From positions 640,589 through 704,588 of the forward strand of contig JBAZXP010000001.1 in assembly GCA_041659805.1 (NCBI GenBank): a stretch of DNA of 64,000 bases, in the 5' to 3' direction. Made by a program: the position numbers and the translations under genes. The notes below the pieces were generated by a model. That model ran no database searches and was not told the DNA's origin. It worked only from the letters and a program-made list of their open reading frames with translations. Source of the DNA: Microgenomates group bacterium. GTDB lineage: Bacteria > Patescibacteriota > Microgenomatia > Daviesbacterales > UBA10151. Every line of letters starts with the position of its first letter. Position 1 is the stretch's first letter. Below, piece by piece: positions 48,384-59,331 of this stretch.

Positions 48384-50357
48384 ATGGCAAATTTAAAGAT
48401 CATATCTGATTTTAAACCGACAGGAGACCAGCCACAAGCTATCGAAAAACTTGTAGTTGGTCTTAAGGCGGGAAAACAACATCAGGTTTTACTCGGCGTG
48501 ACAGGCAGTGGTAAAACCTTTAGTATGGCTAATGTTATTCAGAAGATAAACAAGCCAACCTTGATTATTTCTCACAATAAAACTTTGGCAGGACAATTAG
48601 CCCAGGAATTCAGGTCTTTGTTTCCTGAAAATGCTGTTGAATATTTTGTTTCTTATTATGATTATTATCAGCCTGAAGCATATGTTCCTCAATCAGATAC
48701 TTATATAGAAAAAGAGGCAATGGTTAATGATGAAATTGAAAAATTAAGGCTTTCTACCACAGCGTCACTTATGACCCGAAAAGATGTAATAGTAGTTGCT
48801 TCTGTTTCTGCAATTTACAACTTAGGTTCACCTGTTGAATACGGTTCTGCAGTTTTAGAAATTAAGGCAGGTATGAAAGCAACAATGCATTCCATATTAA
48901 AGTTTCTGACCTCAATTTATTATGAGAGAAATGATATAGATTTTCATAGAGGAACTTTCAGGTTAAGAGGAGACACGTTAGATATTTTTCCTGCCTATAA
49001 AGATACTGCTTTAAGAATTGAATTTTTAGGAGATGATATTGAGAAAATTTACTCTATGGATCCTGTTTCTGGGGAAACTATTCCTGTTTCTGAAGCTCAG
49101 GTAATTTATCCTTCAAAACATTATGTAACACCAATGCAAAGATTGATTCCTGCTGTAAAACAAATAGAAGAAGATTTAGAAATTAGATTAAAGCAGCTTA
49201 GGGATCAAAATAAGTTAGTAGAAGCACAAAGACTTGAACAGAGGACATCTTATGATTTGGAAATTATTAAACAATATGGATATTGTAACGGAATAGAAAA
49301 TTATTCCAGATATTTTGACGGGAGAGAACCTGGACAACCTCCATACAGCTTATTGGATTATTTTCCTGATGATTATTTATTACTTATTGATGAATCCCAC
49401 ATGTCTTTACCCCAAGTCAGGGGAATGTATAACGGAGACAGAGCCCGCAAAGAAACCTTAATCGATTTTGGTTTTAGGCTTCCTTCAGCGCTTGATAACA
49501 GACCATTAAAATTTGATGAATTTGTAAGAAAAATTAACCAGGTTGTATATGTTTCAGCTACCCCAAACGAATATGAATTATCTCTTGCAGGTAAGGACGG
49601 TGTGGCAGAACAATTAGTCAGACCAACAGGAATTTTGGATCCTATTATTGATGTCAGGCCCACAAAAAATCAGATTCAGGATTTATTAAGCGAAATTGAA
49701 ATAAGAGTTAAGAAAGGCGAGAGAACTTTAGTTACTACAATGACTAAGAGAATGGCAGAAGATTTATCAGAATATTTGCATGATAAAGGAATAAAAGTTA
49801 ATTATTTGCACTCAGATATTAAGACTATGGAAAGAGCAGATATTTTACAATCCCTAAGGATGGGAGAATATGATGTTATTGTCGGAATTAATTTACTCAG
49901 AGAAGGATTGGATTTACCAGAAGTTTCACTTGTTGCAATACTTGATGCAGACAAAGAGGGCTTTTTGAGATCAAGGTCTGCCTTGATTCAGAGCATGGGA
50001 AGGGCTGCAAGGCATATAGAAGGCAGGGTAATTATGTATGCAGATAAAGAGACTGGTTCCATGAAAGAGGCTATTGATGAGGTTTCAAGGCGTAGGCAAT
50101 ATCAGGAAAAATTTAATAAAAAGCACAATATTACTCCAAAACCAATTATTAAGGCCTTAAGAGATAGATTAATCGATAAAGTTGAAGAATTGGAAAGTGA
50201 GTTAGGTAAAAAGGATTTTTCTATTGCTGATATTCCAGAAGCAGAAAGACAAAGAATGATTAAAAATTTGGAAGCTCAAATGAAACAGGCTGCAGAGATT
50301 CAGGATTTTGAAGAAGCAGCTAAAATAAGAGATCAGATTAAAGAACTAAGTATTTAA
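48384..50357 (+). CDS. uvrB: Excinuclease ABC subunit B
   Basis: [46 protein letters not shown] domain; ATG 48384. Confidence 0.98.
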   Translation: MANLKIISDFKPTGDQPQAIEKLVVGLKAGKQHQVLLGVTGSGKTFSMANVIQKINKPTLIISHNKTLAGQLAQEFRSLFPENAVEYFVSYYDYYQPEAYVPQSDTYIEKEAMVNDEIEKLRLSTTASLMTRKDVIVVASVSAIYNLGSPVEYGSAVLEIKAGMKATMHSILKFLTSIYYERNDIDFHRGTFRLRGDTLDIFPAYKDTALRIEFLGDDIEKIYSMDPVSGETIPVSEAQVIYPSKHYVTPMQRLIPAVKQIEEDLEIRLKQLRDQNKLVEAQRLEQRTSYDLEIIKQYGYCNGIENYSRYFDGREPGQPPYSLLDYFPDDYLLLIDESHMSLPQVRGMYNGDRARKETLIDFGFRLPSALDNRPLKFDEFVRKINQVVYVSATPNEYELSLAGKDGVAEQLVRPTGILDPIIDVRPTKNQIQDLLSEIEIRVKKGERTLVTTMTKRMAEDLSEYLHDKGIKVNYLHSDIKTMERADILQSLRMGEYDVIVGINLLREGLDLPEVSLVAILDADKEGFLRSRSALIQSMGRAARHIEGRVIMYADKETGSMKEAIDEVSRRRQYQEKFNKKHNITPKPIIKALRDRLIDKVEELESELGKKDFSIADIPEAERQRMIKNLEAQMKQAAEIQDFEEAAKIRDQIKELSI

Positions 50358-50689
50358 AATCTTGGTATAACCCTTGCAACTTGGTTGGCTGTGTTTCGAA
50401 TAATTAAAAACCAATACTTAAGGTTTCTTCTTGGATTGTACATATTTTCTTTATCACAGGTATTTGAAGATCCTACAATTTCTTCCTTATCACCACAAGT
50501 TATATATCCAATTTCTAAATGGCTGGCGATATTTGTTAAGATTCTGGAATAACTTCTTTGTGACATACCCCTCTTTTTACCTTTTGCATGTCTATTTAAA
50601 AAATTAACGCCAATTTGTATTGGTTTAATATTCTCATCTCGTACGTAATATTTGCAGAATCCACAGATATGAGTGTTAGCTTCTTTCAT
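50354..50689 (-). CDS. Hypothetical protein (CxxC)
   Basis: 111 aa with CGFC and two further Cys. Confidence 0.5.
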   Translation of the reverse strand: MKEANTHICGFCKYYVRDENIKPIQIGVNFLNRHAKGKKRGMSQRSYSRILTNIASHLEIGYITCGDKEEIVGSSNTCDKENMYNPRRNLKYWFLIIRNTANQVARVIPRF

Positions 50690-50799
50690 ACTTGGCTATT
50701 TTAGACCTCTAAAAAACTTAAAGCAACCCTTTAATAGCAAATGTTGACAAAAAGGAATACAATATATTGTGTTAATCAATTTGCTGTAGTCAATCTAGG

Positions 50800-51054
50800 G
50801 TGAAATTTATGTTAACAGAGAAGGAATTATATTTTCCTGTAAAAAATGAAGGTATCCGCGTGAATAGCGAGAAATTTTTTGTTGTTACAAAACATCCTAG
50901 AACCTGTAAGGCTCATTTAGGAGAAATTAGCTTATTGGGTAAAGAAGTAAAATTTAGTAGTGAATTAAAAAGAACTTCAATTTATCTGGGAATTACTATG
51001 GATAATTTTATAGGATACATGGATGTATTAAGTAATTTGGTGAATCATAAATAG
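50800..51054 (+). CDS. Hypothetical protein
   Basis: 84-aa ORF after a TTGACA promoter-like sequence. Confidence 0.45.
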   Translation: MKFMLTEKELYFPVKNEGIRVNSEKFFVVTKHPRTCKAHLGEISLLGKEVKFSSELKRTSIYLGITMDNFIGYMDVLSNLVNHK

Positions 51055-51110
51055 GAATCTCCTTACCCCTTTTAAAAGTTTCTAAAAACTGTTAAAATAG
51101 ATTGTTTCTT

Positions 51111-51126
51111 TTCGGGAAAACTTCGT
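51111..51126 (+). promoter_or_regulatory. Putative SOS box upstream of uvrA
   Basis: TTCGG-GAAAAC-TTCGT just downstream of TGnTAAAAT. Confidence 0.72.
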
Positions 51127-51178
51127 ATGAGTACAGACCCTCTTTCGCGTAAAGCTACAGAGGGCAAGTAAAATTATT

Positions 51179-54091
51179 ATGAAAGACTTAATTATTATTA
51201 AAGGAGCAAGAGAACATAATCTAAAAAATATTGATCTTGAGATTCCAAAAAACAAATTGGTTGTATTAACCGGACTTTCGGGGTCTGGTAAATCTTCATT
51301 GGCTTTTGACACTCTTTATGCAGAAGGTCAAAGACGTTATGTTGAATCCCTTTCTTCTTATGCCAGGCAATTCTTAGGTATTATGGATAAACCTGATGTA
51401 GATTATATTGAAGGGCTGTCTCCTGCAATTTCCATTGATCAAAAAAGCGCTTCTCATAATCCAAGATCAACAGTCGGTACAACCACAGAAATTTATGATT
51501 ATTTAAGGCTGCTTTATGCCAGAATTGGTCACCCACATTGCCCTGTCTGTGGTCAGGAAGTTTCCAGAATGAGTGTAGAACAAATAACGCAAAGCGTTAC
51601 CCTGAGCGAAGTCGAAGGGTCTGCTGTTCAAAAAGGCAAGAGGATTATGATTTTGGCTCCGGTTATTAAAGACAGAAAAGGTGAATATAGTCAGCTTTTT
51701 ACTGATTTAAAGAAAAAAGGATTTTCTAAGGTTAGGGTTGATGGACATGTCAGGGATCTATCAGACGATGATTTTGTGCTCATTAAGACAAACAAACATA
51801 CTATAGATGCAGTTGTCGACCGTCTTGTGTTAGATAAAAACTCTGTTAAAGATCCAAATATATTACTCCGTTTGAGCCAAAGCTTGGAAACAGCGCTAAA
51901 GCTCGGAGAAGGATTTGCGATAGTTTCAGATGTGCTTGATGCATCTTTAGAATTTCCGGCAAATCCTATAAAAATGAATGATACTTTATATTCAGAAAAG
52001 TTTGCTTGTCCTAAATGTAATATCGCATTACCTGAAATTGAGCCAAGAACTTTTTCTTTTAACTCACCGCATGGGGCTTGTCCGACTTGCACTGGGCTAG
52101 GCTCACTTCTGAAAATTGATCCAGAATCTATTTTAAATCCAATTTTAACTATTGCTGAAGGAGGAGTTTTAGCTTGGTCACATTTAGGAGAAACTGAAAC
52201 ATGGTTCAGCAGACTTATTAAATCTGTTGGTGAAGAATATGGATTTAGTTTAAATATAAGATTGGGTGAATACAGTGATGAACAAAAGAAAATATTGCTT
52301 TACGGAGCAGGTGACAAACAATTTAAAGTATCTGGTAAAAATCGTGAAGGAAGAATGACCCAATTTATGGCTTCTTTTGAAGGTTTGATAGTTAATTTGG
52401 AACGCAGATATCAGGAAACAGAATCAGAATTTGTTAAAAGGGAAATTGAAAAATATATGGTGACAGAGGAATGTCCGGAATGTCACGGAGCAAGGCTTAA
52501 AAAAGAGGCCTTATCAATAACCGTTAATGATTTTAATATTAGTCAAATGACAGCATTGGCAATAAGAGGAGCTCTCGATTGGGTGGAGAAATTAAAATCT
52601 CCCGTTTTAAATAACAGGGATTTAACAATTGCAGAATCTATAGTTAAGGAAATAAAAGCAAGATTACAATTCTTGATTGACGTGGGACTTGATTATTTAA
52701 CGCTAGACCGGGCTTCAATGACGCTAGCTGGAGGAGAAGCTCAAAGAATAAGACTTGCTTCACAAATCGGTTCCGGTTTATCAGGTGTTTTGTATGTGCT
52801 TGATGAACCATCTATTGGATTACATCAAAGAGACAATAGCAGATTAATTATTACTTTAAAAAGACTGAGAGATTTGGGAAATACTGTGGTAGTGGTGGAA
52901 CATGATGCAGAAACTATGGAAAACGCTGATTATTTAATTGATTTTGGTCCTGGAGCAGGTGAGCATGGAGGAAATATTGTGGCTCAAGGAACACCGAAAG
53001 AAGTAAAGCATAACCCCGACTCATTAACAGGAAAGTATCTATCAGGTAAAAAAAGGGTTGGCGTTGAAAGCAGTTTGAATAAGATTCAAAAAAATATGGG
53101 TGAGTTAAAAGTTATTGGCGCATCAGAACATAATTTAAAAAATATTAATGTCAGTTTTCCTTTGGGTAAATTTGTAACTGTAACCGGTGTTAGCGGATCA
53201 GGAAAATCAACGCTGGTTCATGATATTTTGTATAAATCTTTAGCTTCGAAGTATTATCACTCTAAAGATAAAATCGGACAACACGAAAAAATTGAAGGCA
53301 CAGAAAATATTGATAAAGTTGTCATGGTTGATCAATCGCCCATCGGTAGAACACCGAGGTCTAATCCGGCAACTTATACAGGAGCGTTTACTTTTATCAG
53401 AGAATTGTTTGCAAATTCTCCTGAGGCAAAGGTTAGGGGATATGGACCCGGAAGATTTAGTTTTAACGTTAAGGGGGGACGATGTGAGGTTTGTGAAGGA
53501 GAGGGTCAGATTAAAATTGAAATGCAATTTTTGCCAGACGTTTATGTTGACTGCGAATCCTGTAACGGAAAAAGATATAACAGGGAAGCTTTAGAAATTA
53601 CTTTTAAGGAAAAAAATATTGCGGAAGTTTTAGATATGACTGTTGAAGAGTCATTAAGCTTTTTTAATAATATTCCGCAAATAAAGAATAAACTGGAAGT
53701 TTTAAATGATGTAGGTCTTGGTTATATAAGATTAGGTCAGCCTGCACCAACTCTTTCCGGTGGTGAAGCACAAAGAATTAAATTAAGTTCAGAACTTTCT
53801 AAAAGACAAACAGGTAAAACCGTATATATTTTGGATGAACCGACAACTGGTTTACATTTTGCAGATATTGAAAGGTTATTAACGATACTTCGAAAACTGG
53901 TAAATTTCGGTAATACTGTAATTATTATTGAACATAATCTGGATGTTATAAAAAATACAGACTGGATTATAGATTTAGGACCTGAAGGTGGAGTTGGGGG
54001 AGGAACAATTATTGCAGAAGGCACACCTAAAGATATAGGTCGAAACAAAAACTCAATTACCGGTTCATATTTAGCGCAGGTTTTAGCGTAA
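51179..54091 (+). CDS. uvrA: Excinuclease ABC subunit A
   Basis: GAREHNLKN, two Walker A motifs, Zn fingers, LAGGEAQRI and LSGGEAQRI. Confidence 0.98.
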   Translation: MKDLIIIKGAREHNLKNIDLEIPKNKLVVLTGLSGSGKSSLAFDTLYAEGQRRYVESLSSYARQFLGIMDKPDVDYIEGLSPAISIDQKSASHNPRSTVGTTTEIYDYLRLLYARIGHPHCPVCGQEVSRMSVEQITQSVTLSEVEGSAVQKGKRIMILAPVIKDRKGEYSQLFTDLKKKGFSKVRVDGHVRDLSDDDFVLIKTNKHTIDAVVDRLVLDKNSVKDPNILLRLSQSLETALKLGEGFAIVSDVLDASLEFPANPIKMNDTLYSEKFACPKCNIALPEIEPRTFSFNSPHGACPTCTGLGSLLKIDPESILNPILTIAEGGVLAWSHLGETETWFSRLIKSVGEEYGFSLNIRLGEYSDEQKKILLYGAGDKQFKVSGKNREGRMTQFMASFEGLIVNLERRYQETESEFVKREIEKYMVTEECPECHGARLKKEALSITVNDFNISQMTALAIRGALDWVEKLKSPVLNNRDLTIAESIVKEIKARLQFLIDVGLDYLTLDRASMTLAGGEAQRIRLASQIGSGLSGVLYVLDEPSIGLHQRDNSRLIITLKRLRDLGNTVVVVEHDAETMENADYLIDFGPGAGEHGGNIVAQGTPKEVKHNPDSLTGKYLSGKKRVGVESSLNKIQKNMGELKVIGASEHNLKNINVSFPLGKFVTVTGVSGSGKSTLVHDILYKSLASKYYHSKDKIGQHEKIEGTENIDKVVMVDQSPIGRTPRSNPATYTGAFTFIRELFANSPEAKVRGYGPGRFSFNVKGGRCEVCEGEGQIKIEMQFLPDVYVDCESCNGKRYNREALEITFKEKNIAEVLDMTVEESLSFFNNIPQIKNKLEVLNDVGLGYIRLGQPAPTLSGGEAQRIKLSSELSKRQTGKTVYILDEPTTGLHFADIERLLTILRKLVNFGNTVIIIEHNLDVIKNTDWIIDLGPEGGVGGGTIIAEGTPKDIGRNKNSITGSYLAQVLA
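51596..51622 (+). repeat. REP-like GC-rich element in frame within uvrA
   Basis: GTTACCCTGAGCGAAGTCGAAGGGTCT, imperfect palindrome ACCCT/AGGGT, encoding VTLSEVEGS. Confidence 0.6.
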
Positions 54092-54112
54092 AATATTTGT
54101 TACAATTATAGT

Positions 54113-55948
54113 ATGCTCCGCAAATTTATTCTGATCTTTTTATTATTCCTAATTTTTGTCGTACTTCCTAAAAATGTGAGCGCTGCCAGTGAATTTGAGA
54201 CTGATTATAAAGTTAGCTATGATGTGACTGAAGACGGTGTAACTCAGGTTGCAGAAAAAATAACTCTGACAAATTTAACCGAGACTTACTATGCTTCTAC
54301 TTTTGTTCTGACTATTGGTTCGACATCTCTTGGTGACGTGTCTGCTATAGATGGTGGCGGAGTAATGGAGGCAAAATCCGAAGTTAAAGATAATAAAACA
54401 GTAGTCACATTAAAATTTAACGAACAGATTACGGGTATAGATAAGACGCAAACCTTCACATTAAAATATAAATCCAATGATTTTGCTTTAAAAATCGGTA
54501 AAAACTGGGAAGTAAATTTGCCACGAATTCATGAAGGAGAAGATATAAAAACTTTTAATGTTGCGCTTTCTGTTCCCCTGAGTTTTGGAGAACCCACTTC
54601 AATTACTCCGAAACCAAAATCCGAGTCTGATGGCGCAGGAAAATTGGTTTTAAATTTTACTAAAGATCAGTTGGCAAATAGCGGTGTTTCAGTCAACTTC
54701 GGCAGTAATCAGGTTTTTGATTTTAACCTTAAATATAATCTAAATAATAATTCTTTTTTCCCTACGGTTGTATCAATCAGTTTGCCAATGAATACAAATT
54801 ATCAGGATGTTTTAATAAATTCCATTAACCCAAAACCGTTAAATGTGACAACTGATTTAGATGGAAATTACTTGGCTTGGTATCAAATTCAAAAGCGTTC
54901 TTCAGAGCAAGTTACAGTTTCAGGTTCTGTTAAGTTATATATAAATCCCAAAACTAACACAACAAAATTAACTAAGGCTCAAGTTTCAGGTTTAACAAAG
55001 TCTGATAAGTATTGGGAAAGAGATAACCCCAGTATTAAAGCAGTGAACGCTGAAATATTTAAAAACGGGAAGCCAAAAACCACCGAAGAACAAGTTCATC
55101 AAATTTATCAGTATTTGGTAAATACTTTAAAATATAATTCTGCTATATCTGAACAAACAAGGCTCGGTGCACTAACGTCCCTTTCAAATTTAGATAGATC
55201 GAAAGCATTAGAGTTTACAGATCTTTTTATCGCACTTGTTAGGGCAGACGGTATCCCGGCAAGAGGGCTTGATGGTATAGCATACAGTCAGAATAAAACT
55301 TTAAGGCCACTTTCTCTAATTCCTGATGTGACTCATTCATGGACCGAGTATTTCGATGAACATTCTGGTTGGGTTATGGTAGATCCAACATGGGAACAAA
55401 CATCGGGTGGTGTAGATTATTTTAACAAACTTGATTTAAACCATTTCGTAATTAATATTAGAGGAGAGTCCTCAACCAGTCCAACTGCAGCTACTGTCGC
55501 CGAGATGACAGTTTCTCCAAATGAATTTGCTCCGAATTCTTCACCTCAAATAGATTTGGATGTAAAACCTGAACTTTGGGTAGGGTTGCCGGGAATTTTT
55601 AAAGTAATAATTCAAAATAATGGGAGTATCACAATTCCATCAAACAGCATAAATATCAGCGCAGGTAGAATTAATTTATTAGACTCAAAAGAGATTACTG
55701 TAGATCAAATCCCTCCTTTTGGTTCCACAACCTTTGATGTGAATTTCAGAACCCCGTTTTTAAATGAATATACTACTGATGAGATAGTTGTAAATTATAT
55801 GGGCAAACAATATACGAAGAAGGTTGCGCTCACCCCGTTTTTCTTACTAAGCTTGCTTCCTTACTTGTTCAGATTTGCTGTATTTTTGGTTGTATTTATG
55901 TATTTTTTAGTTTTAGGTGTACATGCCCACAAAAGAAGAAAAAGGTAG
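54113..55948 (+). CDS. Exported transglutaminase-like domain protein (catalytic Cys apparently replaced)
   Basis: Signal peptide, KALEFTDLFIAL.RA.GIPAR, HSWTE, VDPTW, C-terminal TM. Confidence 0.85.
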   Translation: MLRKFILIFLLFLIFVVLPKNVSAASEFETDYKVSYDVTEDGVTQVAEKITLTNLTETYYASTFVLTIGSTSLGDVSAIDGGGVMEAKSEVKDNKTVVTLKFNEQITGIDKTQTFTLKYKSNDFALKIGKNWEVNLPRIHEGEDIKTFNVALSVPLSFGEPTSITPKPKSESDGAGKLVLNFTKDQLANSGVSVNFGSNQVFDFNLKYNLNNNSFFPTVVSISLPMNTNYQDVLINSINPKPLNVTTDLDGNYLAWYQIQKRSSEQVTVSGSVKLYINPKTNTTKLTKAQVSGLTKSDKYWERDNPSIKAVNAEIFKNGKPKTTEEQVHQIYQYLVNTLKYNSAISEQTRLGALTSLSNLDRSKALEFTDLFIALVRADGIPARGLDGIAYSQNKTLRPLSLIPDVTHSWTEYFDEHSGWVMVDPTWEQTSGGVDYFNKLDLNHFVINIRGESSTSPTAATVAEMTVSPNEFAPNSSPQIDLDVKPELWVGLPGIFKVIIQNNGSITIPSNSINISAGRINLLDSKEITVDQIPPFGSTTFDVNFRTPFLNEYTTDEIVVNYMGKQYTKKVALTPFFLLSLLPYLFRFAVFLVVFMYFLVLGVHAHKRRKR

Positions 55949-55951
55949 CAA

Positions 55952-57193
55952 ATGATTCCGCAATTTATTGATAAGTCTAAAATTCCGCACAAACCCGGTA
56001 TATATATCTACAAAGATAGCGCCGGTAACATTTTATATGTCGGAAAAGCAATTGATCTTTATCACAGGGTTTCTTCATATTTTATGGGCTCACATGATCT
56101 TAAAACAACACAACTGGTTTCTGAAATAAAAAGTCTTGAAACAATTATTGTGGATTCGGAATTTGAAGCACTGATCTTAGAAGCAAATTTAATAAAGCAA
56201 TACCTTCCTCCCTTTAATATCAAACTGATAGATGGTAAGGATTATCTTTACATTAAAATTACCAGTGAAGTTTACCCTCAAATACTGGTTGCCAGAAAAC
56301 AGGATTTATCAGACGCAAAAGAATACTTTGGACCTTTTCCGTCAGGAAAAACTGTTCGAACTACGTTAAAAAAATTACGTAGGATTTTTCCCTGGTGTTC
56401 AAATCCTGATGGTAAGAGACCATGTTTTTATTATCATTTGAATTTATGTGTCGGTCCCTGCGCAGGAGCAATTGATAAAAATGAATACAATAAAATGATT
56501 AAACAATTTTCAAAATTCATGCAGGGTAAAAAAGAAGAGGTGTTAAAAGAATATGAAAAGGAGATGAAATATTATGTTACAAATTTGGAATTCGAAAAAG
56601 CAGAACAGATTAAAAAAACCGTTACAGGATTAAAGTACCTGCTTCAGAGCAGCGATACATCTATTTATTTGGAAAATCCTAATTTTGTTGAGGATCAAAC
56701 TAAAAAAGCATTGGAGAATTTAAAAGCAGTATTAAATCTTGAAAGTATTCCGGAGAGAATTGAATGTTTCGATATTTCAAATATTATGGGGAAGCAGGCT
56801 GTTGGTTCTTTGGTTGTTTTAAGTAACGGAGAGGTTGATAAAAAATGGTACCGACGTTTCAAAATAAAATTACAAGGGAAGCCGAATGATACACTGATGA
56901 TGAGAGAAATGGTTGGAAGGAGATGCAAACATGATGAATGGCCTAAACCGGATTTAATATTAGTTGATGGGGGGAAGCCTCAGGTTGGCGCAGTAATAAA
57001 GGAGCTTGAACAAAAGAGTTGGGATGTTCCTGTTTTTGGGCTGGCTAAAAAGATGGAGTGGGTTGTTGCGGGTGATTATTCAATTATTAAATTGCCAAGG
57101 GTATCCCTAGCTTTAAAATTGTTGCAGAAAATTAGGGATGAAGCTCACCGTTTTGCGATTACATATCATAGAAAATTACGGAAAGCTTTTTAG
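55952..57193 (+). CDS. uvrC: Excinuclease ABC subunit C (no C-terminal HhH)
   Basis: PGIY..YVGKA GIY-YIG, IECFDISN, PDLILVDGGK, RDEAHRFAI. Confidence 0.93.
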   Translation: MIPQFIDKSKIPHKPGIYIYKDSAGNILYVGKAIDLYHRVSSYFMGSHDLKTTQLVSEIKSLETIIVDSEFEALILEANLIKQYLPPFNIKLIDGKDYLYIKITSEVYPQILVARKQDLSDAKEYFGPFPSGKTVRTTLKKLRRIFPWCSNPDGKRPCFYYHLNLCVGPCAGAIDKNEYNKMIKQFSKFMQGKKEEVLKEYEKEMKYYVTNLEFEKAEQIKKTVTGLKYLLQSSDTSIYLENPNFVEDQTKKALENLKAVLNLESIPERIECFDISNIMGKQAVGSLVVLSNGEVDKKWYRRFKIKLQGKPNDTLMMREMVGRRCKHDEWPKPDLILVDGGKPQVGAVIKELEQKSWDVPVFGLAKKMEWVVAGDYSIIKLPRVSLALKLLQKIRDEAHRFAITYHRKLRKAF

Positions 57194-57220
57194 TATTAAG
57201 GTTGTATAATAAGTTAATAG

Positions 57221-57622
57221 ATGAAATCTATAGTCAGAAATTATTTAATTAATTTAGGGGCGCTATGGGTAACCACACAAATTCTACCTGCATTAACCAT
57301 TGTTGGTGGTGCAAAAGGGTTATTAATAGGAGCGCTGGCTTTTATGATTGCCAATATTTTACTTGTTCCTTTACTCAGAGTTCTTCTCTTACCTCTTAAC
57401 TTGCTTACTTTAGGGTTATTTGCTTGGTTAAGTAATGTTCTTGCATTATATTTCTTGGTTAATGTAGTCCCTTATTTTAAAGTGACAGCATATACTTTTA
57501 ATGGTGTTTATTGGCAGGGTTTTTCTATTCCTGCAGTCGATTTATCAGTTTTTCATGTTGTAATTATTGCTTCATTTCTACTGGGTTTTATTATTCATTT
57601 CACAACCTGGTTGATCAAATAA
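57221..57622 (+). CDS. 4-TM membrane protein (YvlD/phage holin superfamily IV-like)
   Basis: N.LLVPLLRVLLLPLNLLTLGLF..N. Confidence 0.85.
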   Translation: MKSIVRNYLINLGALWVTTQILPALTIVGGAKGLLIGALAFMIANILLVPLLRVLLLPLNLLTLGLFAWLSNVLALYFLVNVVPYFKVTAYTFNGVYWQGFSIPAVDLSVFHVVIIASFLLGFIIHFTTWLIK

Positions 57623-57682
57623 TCTAACCTTTGATAATTTTACTAAAAAGTGTAAAATTAAAGTCGCAATTAAACAAAAAAC

Positions 57683-57898
57683 ATGAACAATATTATTACA
57701 ATTATTCAGATGGCTTTAGGGGTACTTTTGATTGTTCTAATTCTTTTACAATCTAAGGGAGCTGGTTTAGGTTCTGCATTTGGGGGAGATATGGGTTTTT
57801 ACAGGACCAAAAGAGGCTTTGAGAAGCTACTTTTTAACGCAACCATTGTTGTGACAACATTATTTATAGTTACTTCTATAATCGAATTAATCAGGTGA
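57683..57898 (+). CDS. secG: Preprotein translocase subunit SecG
   Basis: LILLQSKGAGLGSAFGG..RGFEKLL. Confidence 0.93.
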   Translation: MNNIITIIQMALGVLLIVLILLQSKGAGLGSAFGGDMGFYRTKRGFEKLLFNATIVVTTLFIVTSIIELIR

Positions 57899-59331
57899 AT
57901 AATTTAAAATTTTTCAGGCTTTATTTATCAAGGCTTTCTCGTCGCTATTACCAGAAACTGGTTAATTCTTCAAAGGATTTTTCTTTTAAGAGGCTTGCTA
58001 TAGGGACTGTTTACATCTTTTTTATACTTTTGGTTTTTGTTGTAATCTTTTTATTTTGGAGGAGAAATCAGGTAAGTGTAACTTGTCCCTCCATTTCAGA
58101 GGGTATTGTGGGAGCATATGATAATTCGAATCTGCCTTCGAGTGTAACAGCTCTTTTGTCCGATTCCTTATTTCAATTAGATAAAACCGGTAGTCCGGCT
58201 GCAAGATTGGTTGAAAATATTAGTTCAAATCAAGAAAATACAGAATTTAATTTAACTTTAAAAAAGAATTTGGTTTGGAATGATGGGGTAAAAGTTAAAT
58301 CTTCCGATATAAAAATAAATTTACCTGATATTGAGGTAAACTATCCTGATGATTCAACAATTCACTTTAAATTGGCGGATTCCTTTTCACCGTTTTTGTC
58401 TTTGTTAACAACTCCGGTTTTAAAACCAAACAGCCTAATAGGGTTAGGAAAATATAAAGTAAGTTTCCAAGAGATTAATCGCGGCCATATCTCCAAATTA
58501 GTGCTGGAACCTACTGACAAAAAGAGTTGTGATGTTAATCCGTATGTTTCGATCCGTTTTTATCAGGATGAGCAAACTATTAAAACTGCCTTTAATCTGG
58601 GTGAAATAGATGCAATATTGGCAATATCTGATTTAAATGATTTTACTAAGCAACCGAATGTCGTTGTTAAAAAAATTCAAAGTTTTAATAAATTAACTGC
58701 AATTTTCTATAATTTTAAAGATACCATTTTGGATAAAAATTACAGAAAAGCCTTAAATTACTCAATTAACCCGATTGAAAACGAGGACAAGGCAAAAACA
58801 TCTATTCCTCAGATATCTTGGGCATATAATACTGATCTAAAAGAAATTCATGGTGATACTGCTTCTGCAAAGACTTTTTTGGCGAAAGTTGAAACAGGAA
58901 AAGATAAACCTGTGACACTTACAACCTCTCCATATCTTGCAAATTTAGCTCAAAAGATTGTCGAAGACTGGAAAAAGGTCGGAATTAATGCAGTAATACG
59001 CACAGAAAGTGGAAATCCGCAAAATTTCCAGGCACTATTAACGACAGTTTCTATCCCACGCGATCCTGATCAATATGCATTATGGCATTCAACCCAGGCA
59101 AATACCAACCTTTCGAAATATTCATCTCCAAGGGTAGATAAAGATCTTGAAGACGGTCGGAAAATAGGTGACACTGAAAAAAGGAAAGAAAAATATTTCG
59201 ACTTTCAGAAAGTTTTACAGGATGATGCTCCTGCATCTTTCTTATATTTTCCTAAAATAAATGTGGTATACCGTCAAAAAGCAGAAAGTAATTTAAATAA
59301 AATTTTGCCTACACAAATTACTCAGTATTAA
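57895..59331 (+). CDS. ABC transporter substrate-binding protein, family 5 (OppA-like)
   Basis: LKKNLVWNDG, GLGKYK, DPDQYALWHS, VDKDLEDGR. Confidence 0.85.
   Translation: MNNLKFFRLYLSRLSRRYYQKLVNSSKDFSFKRLAIGTVYIFFILLVFVVIFLFWRRNQVSVTCPSISEGIVGAYDNSNLPSSVTALLSDSLFQLDKTGSPAARLVENISSNQENTEFNLTLKKNLVWNDGVKVKSSDIKINLPDIEVNYPDDSTIHFKLADSFSPFLSLLTTPVLKPNSLIGLGKYKVSFQEINRGHISKLVLEPTDKKSCDVNPYVSIRFYQDEQTIKTAFNLGEIDAILAISDLNDFTKQPNVVVKKIQSFNKLTAIFYNFKDTILDKNYRKALNYSINPIENEDKAKTSIPQISWAYNTDLKEIHGDTASAKTFLAKVETGKDKPVTLTTSPYLANLAQKIVEDWKKVGINAVIRTESGNPQNFQALLTTVSIPRDPDQYALWHSTQANTNLSKYSSPRVDKDLEDGRKIGDTEKRKEKYFDFQKVLQDDAPASFLYFPKINVVYRQKAESNLNKILPTQITQY

Noticed and set aside
55952-57193. uvrC as a pseudogene because it lacks HhH
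   Set aside because: Clean stop, both nuclease domains intact and no downstream remnant; consistent with streamlining, as in the short Obg and GatA
57221-57622. Prophage suggested by holin-like gene
   Set aside because: This family is commonly chromosomal near uvr genes; no phage genes nearby
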